Below, piece by piece: positions 40,587 through 49,494 of a stretch of 64,000 bases of DNA; position 1 is the stretch's first letter; each line of letters begins with the position of its first letter. The notes beneath the pieces are model-generated. The model saw only the letters and a list, made by a program, of their open reading frames with translations. It had not been told where the DNA came from and searched no databases. A program made the position numbers and the translations under genes. Origin of the DNA: an uncultured Spirochaetota bacterium (GTDB lineage: Bacteria; Spirochaetota; Spirochaetia; SZUA-6; Fen-1364); the NCBI GenBank assembly GCA_963734545.1, contig CAVTHO010000004.1, positions 512,001-576,000 on the forward strand, in the 5' to 3' direction.

Positions 40587-42436
40587 ACAGCTCACTCCTG
40601 ATCGTTCCCATCGCGCTTCCCGCGGCCGCGGCGCTCATCGCCCTTCTCCTGCCCGGCAGGAGAGCGCGCTGGATAACCTCCCTCGTGGCGGTCGCCGCCT
40701 CCACTGCGCAGGTGGCAATCGCCATCGTGCTCTTTCCCACGGACACGAGCTTCACCGTCCCATGGCTCGGCTACGGGATCGAGTTCAGCCTGAGACTGAC
40801 CCGGATGAGCGCCTTCATCCTGCTGGCGATAGCCGGGTTCTCGTTCCTCGTTTCCCTGTACGCGAGCGCCTCGATGGCAGGCGCCCCCTCCACGCGCAGC
40901 TTCTTCGCATGGATGCTCCTGACGGCAGGGATGGCCAGCGGGGCCGTCCTGGCAGACAACCTCGTCCTCCTCGTTGTCTTCTGGGAAGGGCTCCTGCTCA
41001 CGCAGTTCGGCATGATCGTGGCGGGCAGGAAACGCGCGTACGGCACGGCGATCAAGGCATTCATCATCGTCGGCGTCACGGACCTCTGCATGATGCTGGG
41101 CGTGATGCTCACCAGCCGGCTCGCCGGCACCCTTGCCCTGTCGGCAATCAGGCTGCCGGTGGACGGGGTCGGCGGCGCGGCGTTCATCCTGCTGATGATC
41201 GGCGGCCTGGGCAAGGCCGGCGCCATGCCGTTTCACAGCTGGATACCGGACGCGGCCCTCGATGCGCCGCTGCCGTTCATGGCAATCCTCCCTGCCAGCA
41301 TCGACAAGCTGCTGGGCATCTATTTCCTGGCCCGGATTTCACTGGACCTTTTTGCCCTTGCGCCCGGCACGTGGGTGTCCACGGTTCTCATGGTCGTGGG
41401 AGCGGCAACGATCATCCTGGCAGTCCTCATGGCGCTCATTCAGAAGGACTACAAGCGCCTGCTCTCCTATCATGCCATCAGCCAGGTGGGCTACATGGTC
41501 CTGGGCATCGGCACGGCGCTGCCCATCGGGATCGTGGGCGGCCTGTTCCACATGATCAATCACGCGATGTACAAGTCCTGCCTCTTCCTCACCGGAGGCG
41601 CGGTGGAGAAGCAGGCCGGCACCACGGATCTGGAGAAGCTCGGCGGCCTGGGGCGCGCCATGCCGGTGACGCTCATCTGCTTCATCGTGGCCGCCGCCTC
41701 GATCTCCGGGGTGCCGCCCTTCAACGGGTTCTTCTCGAAAGAAATGGTATATGACGCGGCCCTGGAAAGCGGCTGGCAGTACTATGCAATTGCTCTCCTG
41801 GGCTCGTTCTTCACGGCTGCCTCGTTCCTCAAGCTGGGCCACGCGGCCTTCTTCGGAAAACGCTCCGAGGAGAATCGCCTGGTGCGGGAAGCGCCGCTGC
41901 CCATGCTGATCCCCATGATCGTCCTCGCGGGACTCTGCGTCCTGTTCGGGCTGGGAAACAGTCTCCCGCTGGCCGGTCTCATCCAGCCCGCGGTCGGGAG
42001 CGCGGTGACCGGAGGCCACAGCTTCGCGGGATTCCCTGCCAGCAGCACGCTCGTCGGGCTGACGGTGGCGGCGCTCCTGCTCGCGGTCCTCAACCACTGG
42101 TACGGGGTCAGGAAGACGGGGCGCGGCCTGGGGGCGGCGGATCATATTCACAACGCCGCGGTGGTTTCTTCCGTGTACTCCGTGGCCGAGGCAGGGCGCC
42201 TGGATCCGTACCGCATCGGCCGATCAATCATGAAGGGTGCCTCGGCTCTCCTGTATGGCGTTGACCGGGCAATCGACTGGGTCTACCAGATCCTTGCCGT
42301 GAAAACGGCGGAGGGGATCTCGTGGGTCGCGCGCCGCGCGCACAGCGGCAACGTCAACCGCTACGTGCTCTGGTCCCTTGCGGGCGCCGCCGTGGTCGTC
42401 ATCTGCGCAATCGCATTGGTCGGAGGGGCACGATGA
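40583..42436 (+). CDS. Antiporter-like membrane subunit 2 (NuoL-like with C-terminal extension)
   Basis: GTGA overlap start; FWEGL, KAGAMPFHSWIPDA, KRLLSYHAISQVGY, PPFNGFFSKE, HSGNVNRY. Confidence 0.9.
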   Translation: MNSSLLIVPIALPAAAALIALLLPGRRARWITSLVAVAASTAQVAIAIVLFPTDTSFTVPWLGYGIEFSLRLTRMSAFILLAIAGFSFLVSLYASASMAGAPSTRSFFAWMLLTAGMASGAVLADNLVLLVVFWEGLLLTQFGMIVAGRKRAYGTAIKAFIIVGVTDLCMMLGVMLTSRLAGTLALSAIRLPVDGVGGAAFILLMIGGLGKAGAMPFHSWIPDAALDAPLPFMAILPASIDKLLGIYFLARISLDLFALAPGTWVSTVLMVVGAATIILAVLMALIQKDYKRLLSYHAISQVGYMVLGIGTALPIGIVGGLFHMINHAMYKSCLFLTGGAVEKQAGTTDLEKLGGLGRAMPVTLICFIVAAASISGVPPFNGFFSKEMVYDAALESGWQYYAIALLGSFFTAASFLKLGHAAFFGKRSEENRLVREAPLPMLIPMIVLAGLCVLFGLGNSLPLAGLIQPAVGSAVTGGHSFAGFPASSTLVGLTVAALLLAVLNHWYGVRKTGRGLGAADHIHNAAVVSSVYSVAEAGRLDPYRIGRSIMKGASALLYGVDRAIDWVYQILAVKTAEGISWVARRAHSGNVNRYVLWSLAGAAVVVICAIALVGGAR

Positions 42437-43845
42437 GCGATCTTCTGCTTCTGGTCCCGTTCCTTGCCCTCATCGCGCTGAATCTTATGCCCAAGAGCGC
42501 ACGCGCGGCTCCCTTCGTCCTGTGCCTCCTGATCTTCGCCCTCCAGACAGGCGTGGCTGCTTTGCAGCCGTTCCACGTGATCGACTGGTCGTTCCTGTCA
42601 CCCCTGGAGAAGGCGGTCGGCTTCACCCTGGTGGTGGACAACCTCGCCGTCCTGCTCCTGCTCACCACCGGAATTGCGGGGCTTGCGGCAATCCTTGTCG
42701 GCCGCGCGACACTCAAGGAGCCCCGGTCACAGTCGGTATTCGCGAGCCTGCTTCTTGTCGCGCTCATCGGGATCAACGGCATCGCGATGGTGCGCGATCT
42801 GTTCACGCTTTTCGTATTCGTCGAGGTGACCTCCGTGGCGGCCGTCATCCTCGTCACTCTTCGCGAGGGCCAGGGCGGATTCGAGGGGGCGTGGAAGTAC
42901 CTGCTCCTTTCGTCGATAGCGAGCGTATTCATGCTCGCCTCCATCGGGTTCTTCCTCCTGGCCGCGGGCGGCATCACGTTCGAGCAGACGGCCGCGGCGC
43001 TTGCCGCGCCCGCGCCGCTTGCCTGGGTCGCGGCTGCCCTCTTCATGTGCGGCCTGTTCGTGAAGGGTGCCATGATCCCCTTTCACGGGTGGCTGGCGGA
43101 TGCCTACACTGCCGCCCCGGCGCCCGTGTCTGTTTTTCTTGCCGGTATCGTGACCAAGGCATCGGGCATCTTCGCGCTGATGCGCCTCATGCCTTCGATC
43201 GTCGAAACCACGGGGCCCCTGCGGGAAATCATGCTGGTTGCCGGAGCCCTGGCGGCCGTGGGGGGCGCTTTTCTTGCCCTGGGCCAGACCGACATGAAGA
43301 GGATGCTGGCCTATTCCAGCATCAGTCAGATGGGGTACATCGTGATGGCGCTCGGCGGTGAGCCCTCGCTCGCCGTGCTGGCCGCCGCCTTTCATTTCTT
43401 CAATCACACGGTGTCCAAGGCCCAGCTTTTCGCCAATGCCGCCGCGGTGGAGAAGAGCCTGGGCACGCGCGACATGGATCGCATGGGAGGGATCGCGGCG
43501 CGGATGCCGGTCACGGGGGCCACGACCGCGGTGGCAACGCTCTCCATCGCGGGTCTGCCTCCCCTGGCGGGATTCTGGAGCAAGCTGCTGGTGGTGATCG
43601 CGCTGTGGAACGGCGGGCAGCGGGTCTTTGCCGTGATCGCCATACTGACGAGCCTGGTCACCCTCGGCTATTTCCTCGTTCTGCAGAGAAAGGTATTCTT
43701 CGGCAGGATTCTGCCCGAATGGGAGGGCGTGCGGGAGCCGGGTGCGGCCCTTCTCGTTCCGGTCATCGCCCTTGCCCTGATCACGGTGGCGGTCGGCATC
43801 GGGTTCCCATTCCTCCTGCCCCTGCTGCTCGGAGGCGGCGTATGA
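42433..43845 (+). CDS. Antiporter-like membrane subunit 3 (NuoN/MrpD family)
   Basis: FVFVEVT, KGAMIPFHGWLADAY, KRMLAYSSISQMGY, PPLAGFWSK. Confidence 0.9.
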   Translation: MSDLLLLVPFLALIALNLMPKSARAAPFVLCLLIFALQTGVAALQPFHVIDWSFLSPLEKAVGFTLVVDNLAVLLLLTTGIAGLAAILVGRATLKEPRSQSVFASLLLVALIGINGIAMVRDLFTLFVFVEVTSVAAVILVTLREGQGGFEGAWKYLLLSSIASVFMLASIGFFLLAAGGITFEQTAAALAAPAPLAWVAAALFMCGLFVKGAMIPFHGWLADAYTAAPAPVSVFLAGIVTKASGIFALMRLMPSIVETTGPLREIMLVAGALAAVGGAFLALGQTDMKRMLAYSSISQMGYIVMALGGEPSLAVLAAAFHFFNHTVSKAQLFANAAAVEKSLGTRDMDRMGGIAARMPVTGATTAVATLSIAGLPPLAGFWSKLLVVIALWNGGQRVFAVIAILTSLVTLGYFLVLQRKVFFGRILPEWEGVREPGAALLVPVIALALITVAVGIGFPFLLPLLLGGGV

Positions 43846-44336
43846 CGCTCATCACGATCCTGCTCGTCCTTCTGGTAATCGCGGCGCTCTGGGCCTCCAT
43901 GACGACCCTTCTCCTGCGCGCCACGATCGCCCTTGCCCTGACAAGCGCCCTCCTCGCGGTGGTGATGTACAGCATGGGGGCGACCCTCGCCGCCGTGTTC
44001 GAGCTCTCCGTCTGCGCGGGGCTCATCTCCGTGGTATTCGTGAGCGTGATCAGCCTCACCCAGCGCAAGCCGTTCAAGGAATACGTCGTGCGCCGGATGA
44101 GCAGGCTCCGGAGATTCTGGCCGCTCCCGCTGGTCCTGATCGCCATCGGGTTCGGCCTGTCCTTCGTGCATGTCCCGGTCCAGATCGTCCTGCCGCTGCC
44201 CGGCGGTGACGGTGACGTGCGGACCGTTCTGTGGAACCTGCGGCAGCTCGACCTGTTCGGCCAGATCCTGATGCTGGTGGCCGGGGTGTTCGGGGTGCTG
44301 GTATTGTTCAAGGGAGAGGGGAAAGATGCTGATTGA
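43842..44336 (+). CDS. NuoJ-like membrane subunit
   Basis: ATGA overlap; hydrophobic, AVFELSVCAGL, position in operon. Confidence 0.75.
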   Translation: MTLITILLVLLVIAALWASMTTLLLRATIALALTSALLAVVMYSMGATLAAVFELSVCAGLISVVFVSVISLTQRKPFKEYVVRRMSRLRRFWPLPLVLIAIGFGLSFVHVPVQIVLPLPGGDGDVRTVLWNLRQLDLFGQILMLVAGVFGVLVLFKGEGKDAD

Positions 44337-44646
44337 GATCCCGCAGTCGTTCTGGCTGTACTTCATCTTCTTTGTCCTGCTCCTGGTGGACGGCCTCTGG
44401 TGCATGCTGGCCACCTACAACCTCCTGCGCATCCTCATCGGCCTGGAGGTCCTCATGAAATCGGTGACGTTCTTCCTGATCGTCGCCGGGTACCTCAGCG
44501 GCCGCATGGCCCTGGCCCAGGCAATGGTGATCACGGTGATCGTCATAGAGGTGGTGGTCGTGGTGGCCGCCGCCGGGATCATTCTCGGGTTCTTCCGCAA
44601 GAACGACTCGCTGAACATCCGCAACACGCGGGATCTGAAAGGCTGA
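44326..44646 (+). CDS. NuoK/MrpC-like membrane subunit
   Basis: NLLRILIGLEVL, VIVIEVVV, C-terminal DLKG. Confidence 0.85.
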   Translation: MLIEIPQSFWLYFIFFVLLLVDGLWCMLATYNLLRILIGLEVLMKSVTFFLIVAGYLSGRMALAQAMVITVIVIEVVVVVAAAGIILGFFRKNDSLNIRNTRDLKG

Positions 44647-44649
44647 CCG

Positions 44650-44982
44650 ATGTCGACATTCCTTCTCGTGCCGCCCGTTGCCCTGACTCTCGTGGTGCTG
44701 GTCGTCTGGGCCCTCTCCGGCGCATCGGGCACGCTCGGCTTCAAGAGGAAAGGGGCGCGGGGCGCGCTGGACAAGCCCTATGCCGGCGGGGAGACCATCC
44801 AGAGTCACCGTGTCCAGGTGGACTACGGGCAGTTCTTTCCGTTCGCCTTCTTCTTTACGATCCTGCACGTGGTCACGCTGGTCGTGGCAACGTCCCCCGC
44901 GCGCACGCTGGAGAGCCTCGCGATTGCACTCATCTATGTCCTGGGCGCGCTGCTGAGTCTTTTCATACTGTTCCGGAGGTAA
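44650..44982 (+). CDS. NuoA-like membrane subunit
   Basis: KPYAGGE loop, three TM helices. Confidence 0.75.
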   Translation: MSTFLLVPPVALTLVVLVVWALSGASGTLGFKRKGARGALDKPYAGGETIQSHRVQVDYGQFFPFAFFFTILHVVTLVVATSPARTLESLAIALIYVLGALLSLFILFRR

Positions 44983-44991
44983 CTCACGCCG

Positions 44992-45429
44992 ATGAGCGTA
45001 TTCCATAGGATCGTGCGCTGGGCGCAGCGAAAGTCTCCCTGGATCCTTCACTTCAATACCGGCGCGTGCAATGCGTGCGACATCGAGATCATTGCCGCCC
45101 TGACGCCGCGCTTCGACCTGGAGCGGCTGGGCGTCCAGCTCAAGGGCACGCCCCGGCATTGCGACATCATGGCCTGCTCGGGTCCCGTCACCAAGCAGGT
45201 GAAGGACAGGCTCGTGCGCATCTACGAGCAGGTGCCGGAGCCGAAGATCGTGGTGGCCGTCGGCACCTGCGCAACGAGCGGCGGAGTGTTCAACGGTCTT
45301 TACAACGTCGAGGGGGGAATCGACCAGGCCATACCGGTGACCGCCTATATCCCCGGCTGCCCCGCGAGCCCGCAGGCGATCATCGACGGCTTTGTGAAGC
45401 TCCTCAAGAGCCTCGAGGAAAAGAAATGA
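44992..45429 (+). CDS. Group 4 [NiFe]-hydrogenase small subunit (NuoB/EchC/HycG-like)
   Basis: GACNACDIE (CxxC, not the CC of NuoB), TPRHCD, VGTCATSGG, YIPGCP. Confidence 0.93.
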   Translation: MSVFHRIVRWAQRKSPWILHFNTGACNACDIEIIAALTPRFDLERLGVQLKGTPRHCDIMACSGPVTKQVKDRLVRIYEQVPEPKIVVAVGTCATSGGVFNGLYNVEGGIDQAIPVTAYIPGCPASPQAIIDGFVKLLKSLEEKK

Positions 45430-45908
45430 GTGACGTACAGGCAATCGCCGCGGAGCTGCAATCCAGGTTCTCCCTCCCGGAGGGCGCCCTCAAGGTGCAG
45501 CGAGCCACCCGGTTGTGGATCGAGATGGACCGGGAATTGTTCCCGGCCGTGTTCGATCACCTGGTGAAGGAAATGGGGTTCTCCATCCTGTGCACGATCA
45601 CGGGGCTGGACCTGGGCGCCGACCTCGGATTCATCTACCACCTGGCAAAGGACGGCGGCATCATGGCCAATCTGAAGACACGCTGCCCCAAGGGGGAGTC
45701 CATCGGGACGATCACCGCGTACTTCCCGGGCGCCGACATCTACGAGCGCGAGCTCATGGACCTGCTGGGCGCGCGCATCGAAGGCCTGGGTCCCGGTGTC
45801 CGCTACCCGCTTCCCGAGGATTGGCCCGAAGGGGATCATCCGCTCCTGAAGGATTGGAAGGCGAAGACCGCCGCGGTTGCAGAGAAAGGAGCGCAGGTTG
45901 ATGAGTGA
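45426..45908 (+). CDS. NuoC/EchD-like subunit
   Basis: LCTITGLD, ADIYERELMDLLG, HPLLKDW. Confidence 0.9.
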   Translation: MSDVQAIAAELQSRFSLPEGALKVQRATRLWIEMDRELFPAVFDHLVKEMGFSILCTITGLDLGADLGFIYHLAKDGGIMANLKTRCPKGESIGTITAYFPGADIYERELMDLLGARIEGLGPGVRYPLPEDWPEGDHPLLKDWKAKTAAVAEKGAQVDE

Positions 45909-47133
45909 CAGCGACAGGGTCGTCACGGTACCCATCGGGCCGCAGCATCCGGCCCTGAAAGAGCCGGAGAGCTTCATGGTGGACCTCCGCGGGGAGAAGA
46001 TCGACGCGGTGCGCATGCGCTTCGGCTACAACCACAGGGGCATCGAGAAGGGCTGCGAGCAGCGCTCCTACACGCAGGACCTCTACCTGGTCGAGCGCGT
46101 CTGCGGCATCTGCTCATACTCCCACTCCACCGCCTTCGTGCAGGCCGTGGAGGAGATCGCGGGTCTGGAGCTTCCCCGGCGCGCAAGCTACATACGGACG
46201 ATCATTGCGGAGCTGGAAAGGGTCCACAGCCACCTGCTGTGGCTCGGCGTGGCGGGCCACGAAATCGGCTTCGACACCCTGCTCATGTACACCTGGCGCG
46301 ACCGCGAGCAGGTGATGATCCTCCTGGCGCGTCTCACGGGCAACAGGGTCAATTACGGAATGAACACGGTGGGCGGAGTGCGCCGCGACATCGCCCCGGA
46401 GATGATCCCCGAGATCCTCAAGGTGGTGGACTCGCTGGAGGAGCGGACAAAGTACTACATCAACCTCGCGCAGAGCGAACAGACCCTGGTGCAGCGCCTG
46501 TCGGGTGTCGGCAAGCTCACGAAGGAGGATGCGCTGCGGCTGGGCACGGTCGGCCCGACCGCCCGCGCATCCGGCATGGACCGGGACACCCGGCGCGACG
46601 ATCCCTATGCGGCGTATCGCGAGGTGAGCTTCAAGGTGATCACGGACACCCACTGCGATGTGTACGGCAGGACGGTCGTGCGGCTCGGCGAGCTCCTGGA
46701 GTCCTTCTCCATCATCCGCCAGCTCGTGAAGAACCTCCCTGACGGGCCCATCGCCATAAAGGCCCCCCGCCGCATCCCCGAAGGGGAAGCGGTGAGCCGC
46801 TACGAGGCGCCGCGCGGGGAAGACGTGCACTACGTGCGGGGCAACGGCTCGGAGAAACCCGAGCGCGTGAAAGTGAGGGCCCCTACCCTGGCCAACACCC
46901 AGTCGGTGTCGAAGATGCTGGAAGACGGCTACCTGGCCGACCTGCCCATCGTCATTGCGGCCATCGACCCGTGTTTCTCGTGCACGGACCGCATGGTCTC
47001 CCTGCGGGACAGCGACATGAATGAAGGCCGCACCTTGAGCTGGGAAGAGGTCTCCCGGTACGGAATCGAATGGCACAGGGCGCGCGGCATCGATTTCTCA
47101 CGGGTCCGGATCCCGGGAGGCGCCGGCGCATGA
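45901..47133 (+). CDS. Group 4 [NiFe]-hydrogenase large subunit
   Basis: GPQHP, HRGIEK, L1 motif ERVCGICSYSH, EAPRGE, L2 motif DPCFSCTDR followed by a C-terminal extension. Confidence 0.95.
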   Translation: MSDSDRVVTVPIGPQHPALKEPESFMVDLRGEKIDAVRMRFGYNHRGIEKGCEQRSYTQDLYLVERVCGICSYSHSTAFVQAVEEIAGLELPRRASYIRTIIAELERVHSHLLWLGVAGHEIGFDTLLMYTWRDREQVMILLARLTGNRVNYGMNTVGGVRRDIAPEMIPEILKVVDSLEERTKYYINLAQSEQTLVQRLSGVGKLTKEDALRLGTVGPTARASGMDRDTRRDDPYAAYREVSFKVITDTHCDVYGRTVVRLGELLESFSIIRQLVKNLPDGPIAIKAPRRIPEGEAVSRYEAPRGEDVHYVRGNGSEKPERVKVRAPTLANTQSVSKMLEDGYLADLPIVIAAIDPCFSCTDRMVSLRDSDMNEGRTLSWEEVSRYGIEWHRARGIDFSRVRIPGGAGA

Positions 47134-48071
47134 ACGTTCTTCTGGACCTGCTGCGCATCCTCGTTTTCCCCGGCATGATTTTCCTGGTCCTCATGGGAAT
47201 GGCGGGCCAGTATGTGGACAGGAAGCTGTACGCGCGGCTGCAGAACCGGGTCGGCCCTCCCTGGTACCAGCCCGTTGCGGACCTGTTCAAGCTGCTGGGA
47301 AAGGAGTCCGTGATTCCGGAAGAGGCGGATCGGGGAATGTTCCGCATTGCCCCGGTATTCGCGCTTGCCGCGGTCATCACCGCTTTCCTCTACATCCCGC
47401 TCTGGAACACCGCGCCGGTGCTCTCCTTCCAGGGAGACCTCGTCGTGGTGCTGTATCTCCTCCTCATCCCCACGCTGACCTTCTTCCTGGGCGGCTGGTA
47501 CTCGCGCTCGATCTTCTCCACGCTCGGCGCCGTGCGCTCCATCACGCAGCTCTTTGCCTACGAGATCCCCCTCCTGATCGCCCTGTTCTCCCCGGCTCTT
47601 CTTGCCAACACGTGGTCCATCGCCGGCGTGGCGGAGTACTACGGGGAGCATCCCTACCGGTGGCTCTTCAATCTCATCGGATTCGGCGTGGCGCTGATCA
47701 CGCTCCTGGGCAAGCTGGAGCGCGTGCCTTTCGACGCCCCCGAGGCGGAGACCGAGATCGTGGCGGGAAGCTTCACCGAGTACAGCGGCAGGCACCTGGC
47801 CTTCTTCCGCCTGGCCATCGACTCGGAAGCCATCGCTTCCTCCTCCCTCCTGGCCGCCGTGTTCCTCCCGTTCGGCCTCTGGCTCCCCTGGTACCTGGGT
47901 GTCCCGATCTACCTGGCCAAGGTGGCGGGAATCCTCGCGGTCCTGGCCCTGCTGCGCACCGTGTTCGCGCGCCTGCGCATGGACCAGATGATCAACTTCT
48001 GCTGGCGCTACGTGGCCCCCATTGCTTTCCTGCAGGTAATCATCGACCTTGTCATTAAGGAGTTCATCTGA
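47130..48071 (+). CDS. NuoH/HycD-like membrane subunit
   Basis: DRKLYARLQNRVGPP, ADLFKLLGKE, PFDAPEAETEIVAG, RLRMDQ. Confidence 0.93.
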   Translation: MNVLLDLLRILVFPGMIFLVLMGMAGQYVDRKLYARLQNRVGPPWYQPVADLFKLLGKESVIPEEADRGMFRIAPVFALAAVITAFLYIPLWNTAPVLSFQGDLVVVLYLLLIPTLTFFLGGWYSRSIFSTLGAVRSITQLFAYEIPLLIALFSPALLANTWSIAGVAEYYGEHPYRWLFNLIGFGVALITLLGKLERVPFDAPEAETEIVAGSFTEYSGRHLAFFRLAIDSEAIASSSLLAAVFLPFGLWLPWYLGVPIYLAKVAGILAVLALLRTVFARLRMDQMINFCWRYVAPIAFLQVIIDLVIKEFI

Positions 48072-48475
48072 TGGACGGAAAAAAAGCGCGCCCCGGCGAA
48101 ATGATACTCTCCGTGCTCGGTTCTCTCTTCAAGAAACCGGCCACCATGCGGTACCCCTTCGAGAAATTCAGGATGCCGGATCACTTCCGCGGCCAGCCGA
48201 AGTTCAAATCGGAGCTCTGCACCGGCTGCCGTCTGTGCATCCGCGACTGCCCCTCGCAGGCCATCACGATCACAAAGATCGGCGAGAAGAAATTCGAGGC
48301 CTCCATCGACCTGGGCAAGTGCGTCTACTGCGCTCAATGCGCGGAGACCTGCCCGCGCAAGGTGATCGACATCACCACCGAGTTCGAGCTCACCCAGCTC
48401 GTGCGGGGACAATTGAAAGTGGTATTCCATGCCGACACCTCTAAGGCATGCACTGAAGAAAGCGCTGGAGGCTGA
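48071..48475 (+). CDS. NuoI/HycF-like 2x[4Fe-4S] subunit
   Basis: CTGCRLCIRDCP and CVYCAQCAETCP. Confidence 0.93.
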   Translation: MDGKKARPGEMILSVLGSLFKKPATMRYPFEKFRMPDHFRGQPKFKSELCTGCRLCIRDCPSQAITITKIGEKKFEASIDLGKCVYCAQCAETCPRKVIDITTEFELTQLVRGQLKVVFHADTSKACTEESAGG

Positions 48476-48935
48476 CCGGCAGTCATGGCGCGCCGGCGGC
48501 AGGCCGGTGGTCGTGCTGGGGGTCGGCTCCGAGCTTCGTTCCGATGACGCGGCCGGAGTACGCGTGGCGGCGGAGCTTGCCCGGGCTTCACTTCCCGGCG
48601 TGCGCGCGCTGGACGGCGGGTCGGCGCCGGAGAACTGCACCGCCGAGATCCGCCAGCTCGCTCCTTCCCATCTCATCATCGTGGACTCCGCGCACATGCA
48701 GGAACCGCCCGGCACGGTCCGGCTCATCGAGTCGGCCGACATCAGCGGCGCATCATTCGGCACGCACTCACTTCCCCTGAGCGTCCTGGCGGACTACATA
48801 CAGCGCGAGATCGGGTGCCGGGTGACGGTCATCGGCATCCAGCCCCTTTCCATCGAATTCGGTGAAGGGATGTCGCCCGAGGTCTCCGCGGCGGTGCGGG
48901 AAACGGCCCAGGCCCTTCGGGAGTGCCTTGGGTAG
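48429..48935 (+). CDS. hycI: Hydrogenase maturation endopeptidase
   Basis: VLGVGSELRSDDAAG, GSAPEN, IIVDSA, GTHSLPL, IGIQP. Confidence 0.9.
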   Translation: MPTPLRHALKKALEADRQSWRAGGRPVVVLGVGSELRSDDAAGVRVAAELARASLPGVRALDGGSAPENCTAEIRQLAPSHLIIVDSAHMQEPPGTVRLIESADISGASFGTHSLPLSVLADYIQREIGCRVTVIGIQPLSIEFGEGMSPEVSAAVRETAQALRECLG

Positions 48936-48954
48936 CTCTGGAAAAGCGCCTACG

Positions 48955-48991
48955 CACGGAATACCACCGCCACGGTATTCCGTGGCATTTT
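48955..48991 (+). terminator. Putative intrinsic terminator of the hydrogenase operon
   Basis: Perfect 11-bp stem CACGGAATACC/GGTATTCCGTG (48955-48984), followed only by a short GCATTTT. Confidence 0.55.
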
Positions 48992-49003
48992 GGGTGCACG
49001 GCG

Positions 49004-49076
49004 CGAGCACGGAATGCGGAGTACCGCTCTAATCACCAGGGCGGAGTACCGCCGGGCATGATTAGTACCGTGCTCG
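49004..49076. other. Nested four-helix palindromic element (candidate structured RNA or operator array)
   Basis: CGAGCACGG/CCGTGCTCG, CTAATCA/TGATTAG and two GCGG-AGTA-CCGC hairpins. Confidence 0.5.
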
Positions 49077-49140
49077 GGCTTGACGGCGGTCGCGGAGTCC
49101 CGTTATCCTGTGTTCCTCGCCTCTCTCTTTGGTGAACATT

Positions 49141-49494
49141 ATGGCAAAGAAGAAACAGCGCGAAAAACAGGAGCTCGAGTCACTCATTCCATCGATCAGG
49201 AGCGCGGAGAAGACCCTCGACGACCTGCTGGAAGGCGCGCGCGCCGAGGCGGCAGAGCTGATCCAGAGCACGGAAACCGAGGCGGCCCGGCGCATCCAGC
49301 GCGGCAGGGAAGGGATCCCGGGTCTTCTCGCCCGTGAAAGGGAATCGCGCATGGTCTCCCTCCGCGCCCGGGCCGCGGAAGTGCTGGAGGAGGGGCGGGA
49401 GGAGAACAGCCGGCTGGAAAAGAAAGCGGCTGAGAGCATGGGGGCGGCAGTGGCGCTGATCGTCTCCCGGGTGTGGCCGGGAGCGAAGAAGTGA
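49141..49494 (+). CDS. V/A-type ATPase peripheral stalk subunit G/H-like
   Basis: Coiled-coil rich in E/A/R; first gene of the operon. Confidence 0.7.
   Translation: MAKKKQREKQELESLIPSIRSAEKTLDDLLEGARAEAAELIQSTETEAARRIQRGREGIPGLLARERESRMVSLRARAAEVLEEGREENSRLEKKAAESMGAAVALIVSRVWPGAKK

Noticed and set aside
39146-42436. 1096-aa double antiporter fusion
   Set aside because: A single extra base near 40401 joins two genes; the proper C-terminus (FSKIFLGE...) and a GTGA stop/start overlap at 40583-40586 are present.
39146-48475. NADH:quinone oxidoreductase (complex I)
   Set aside because: The large subunit has both Ni-binding CxxC motifs, the small subunit has CxxC, a maturation protease is present and NuoEFG are absent.
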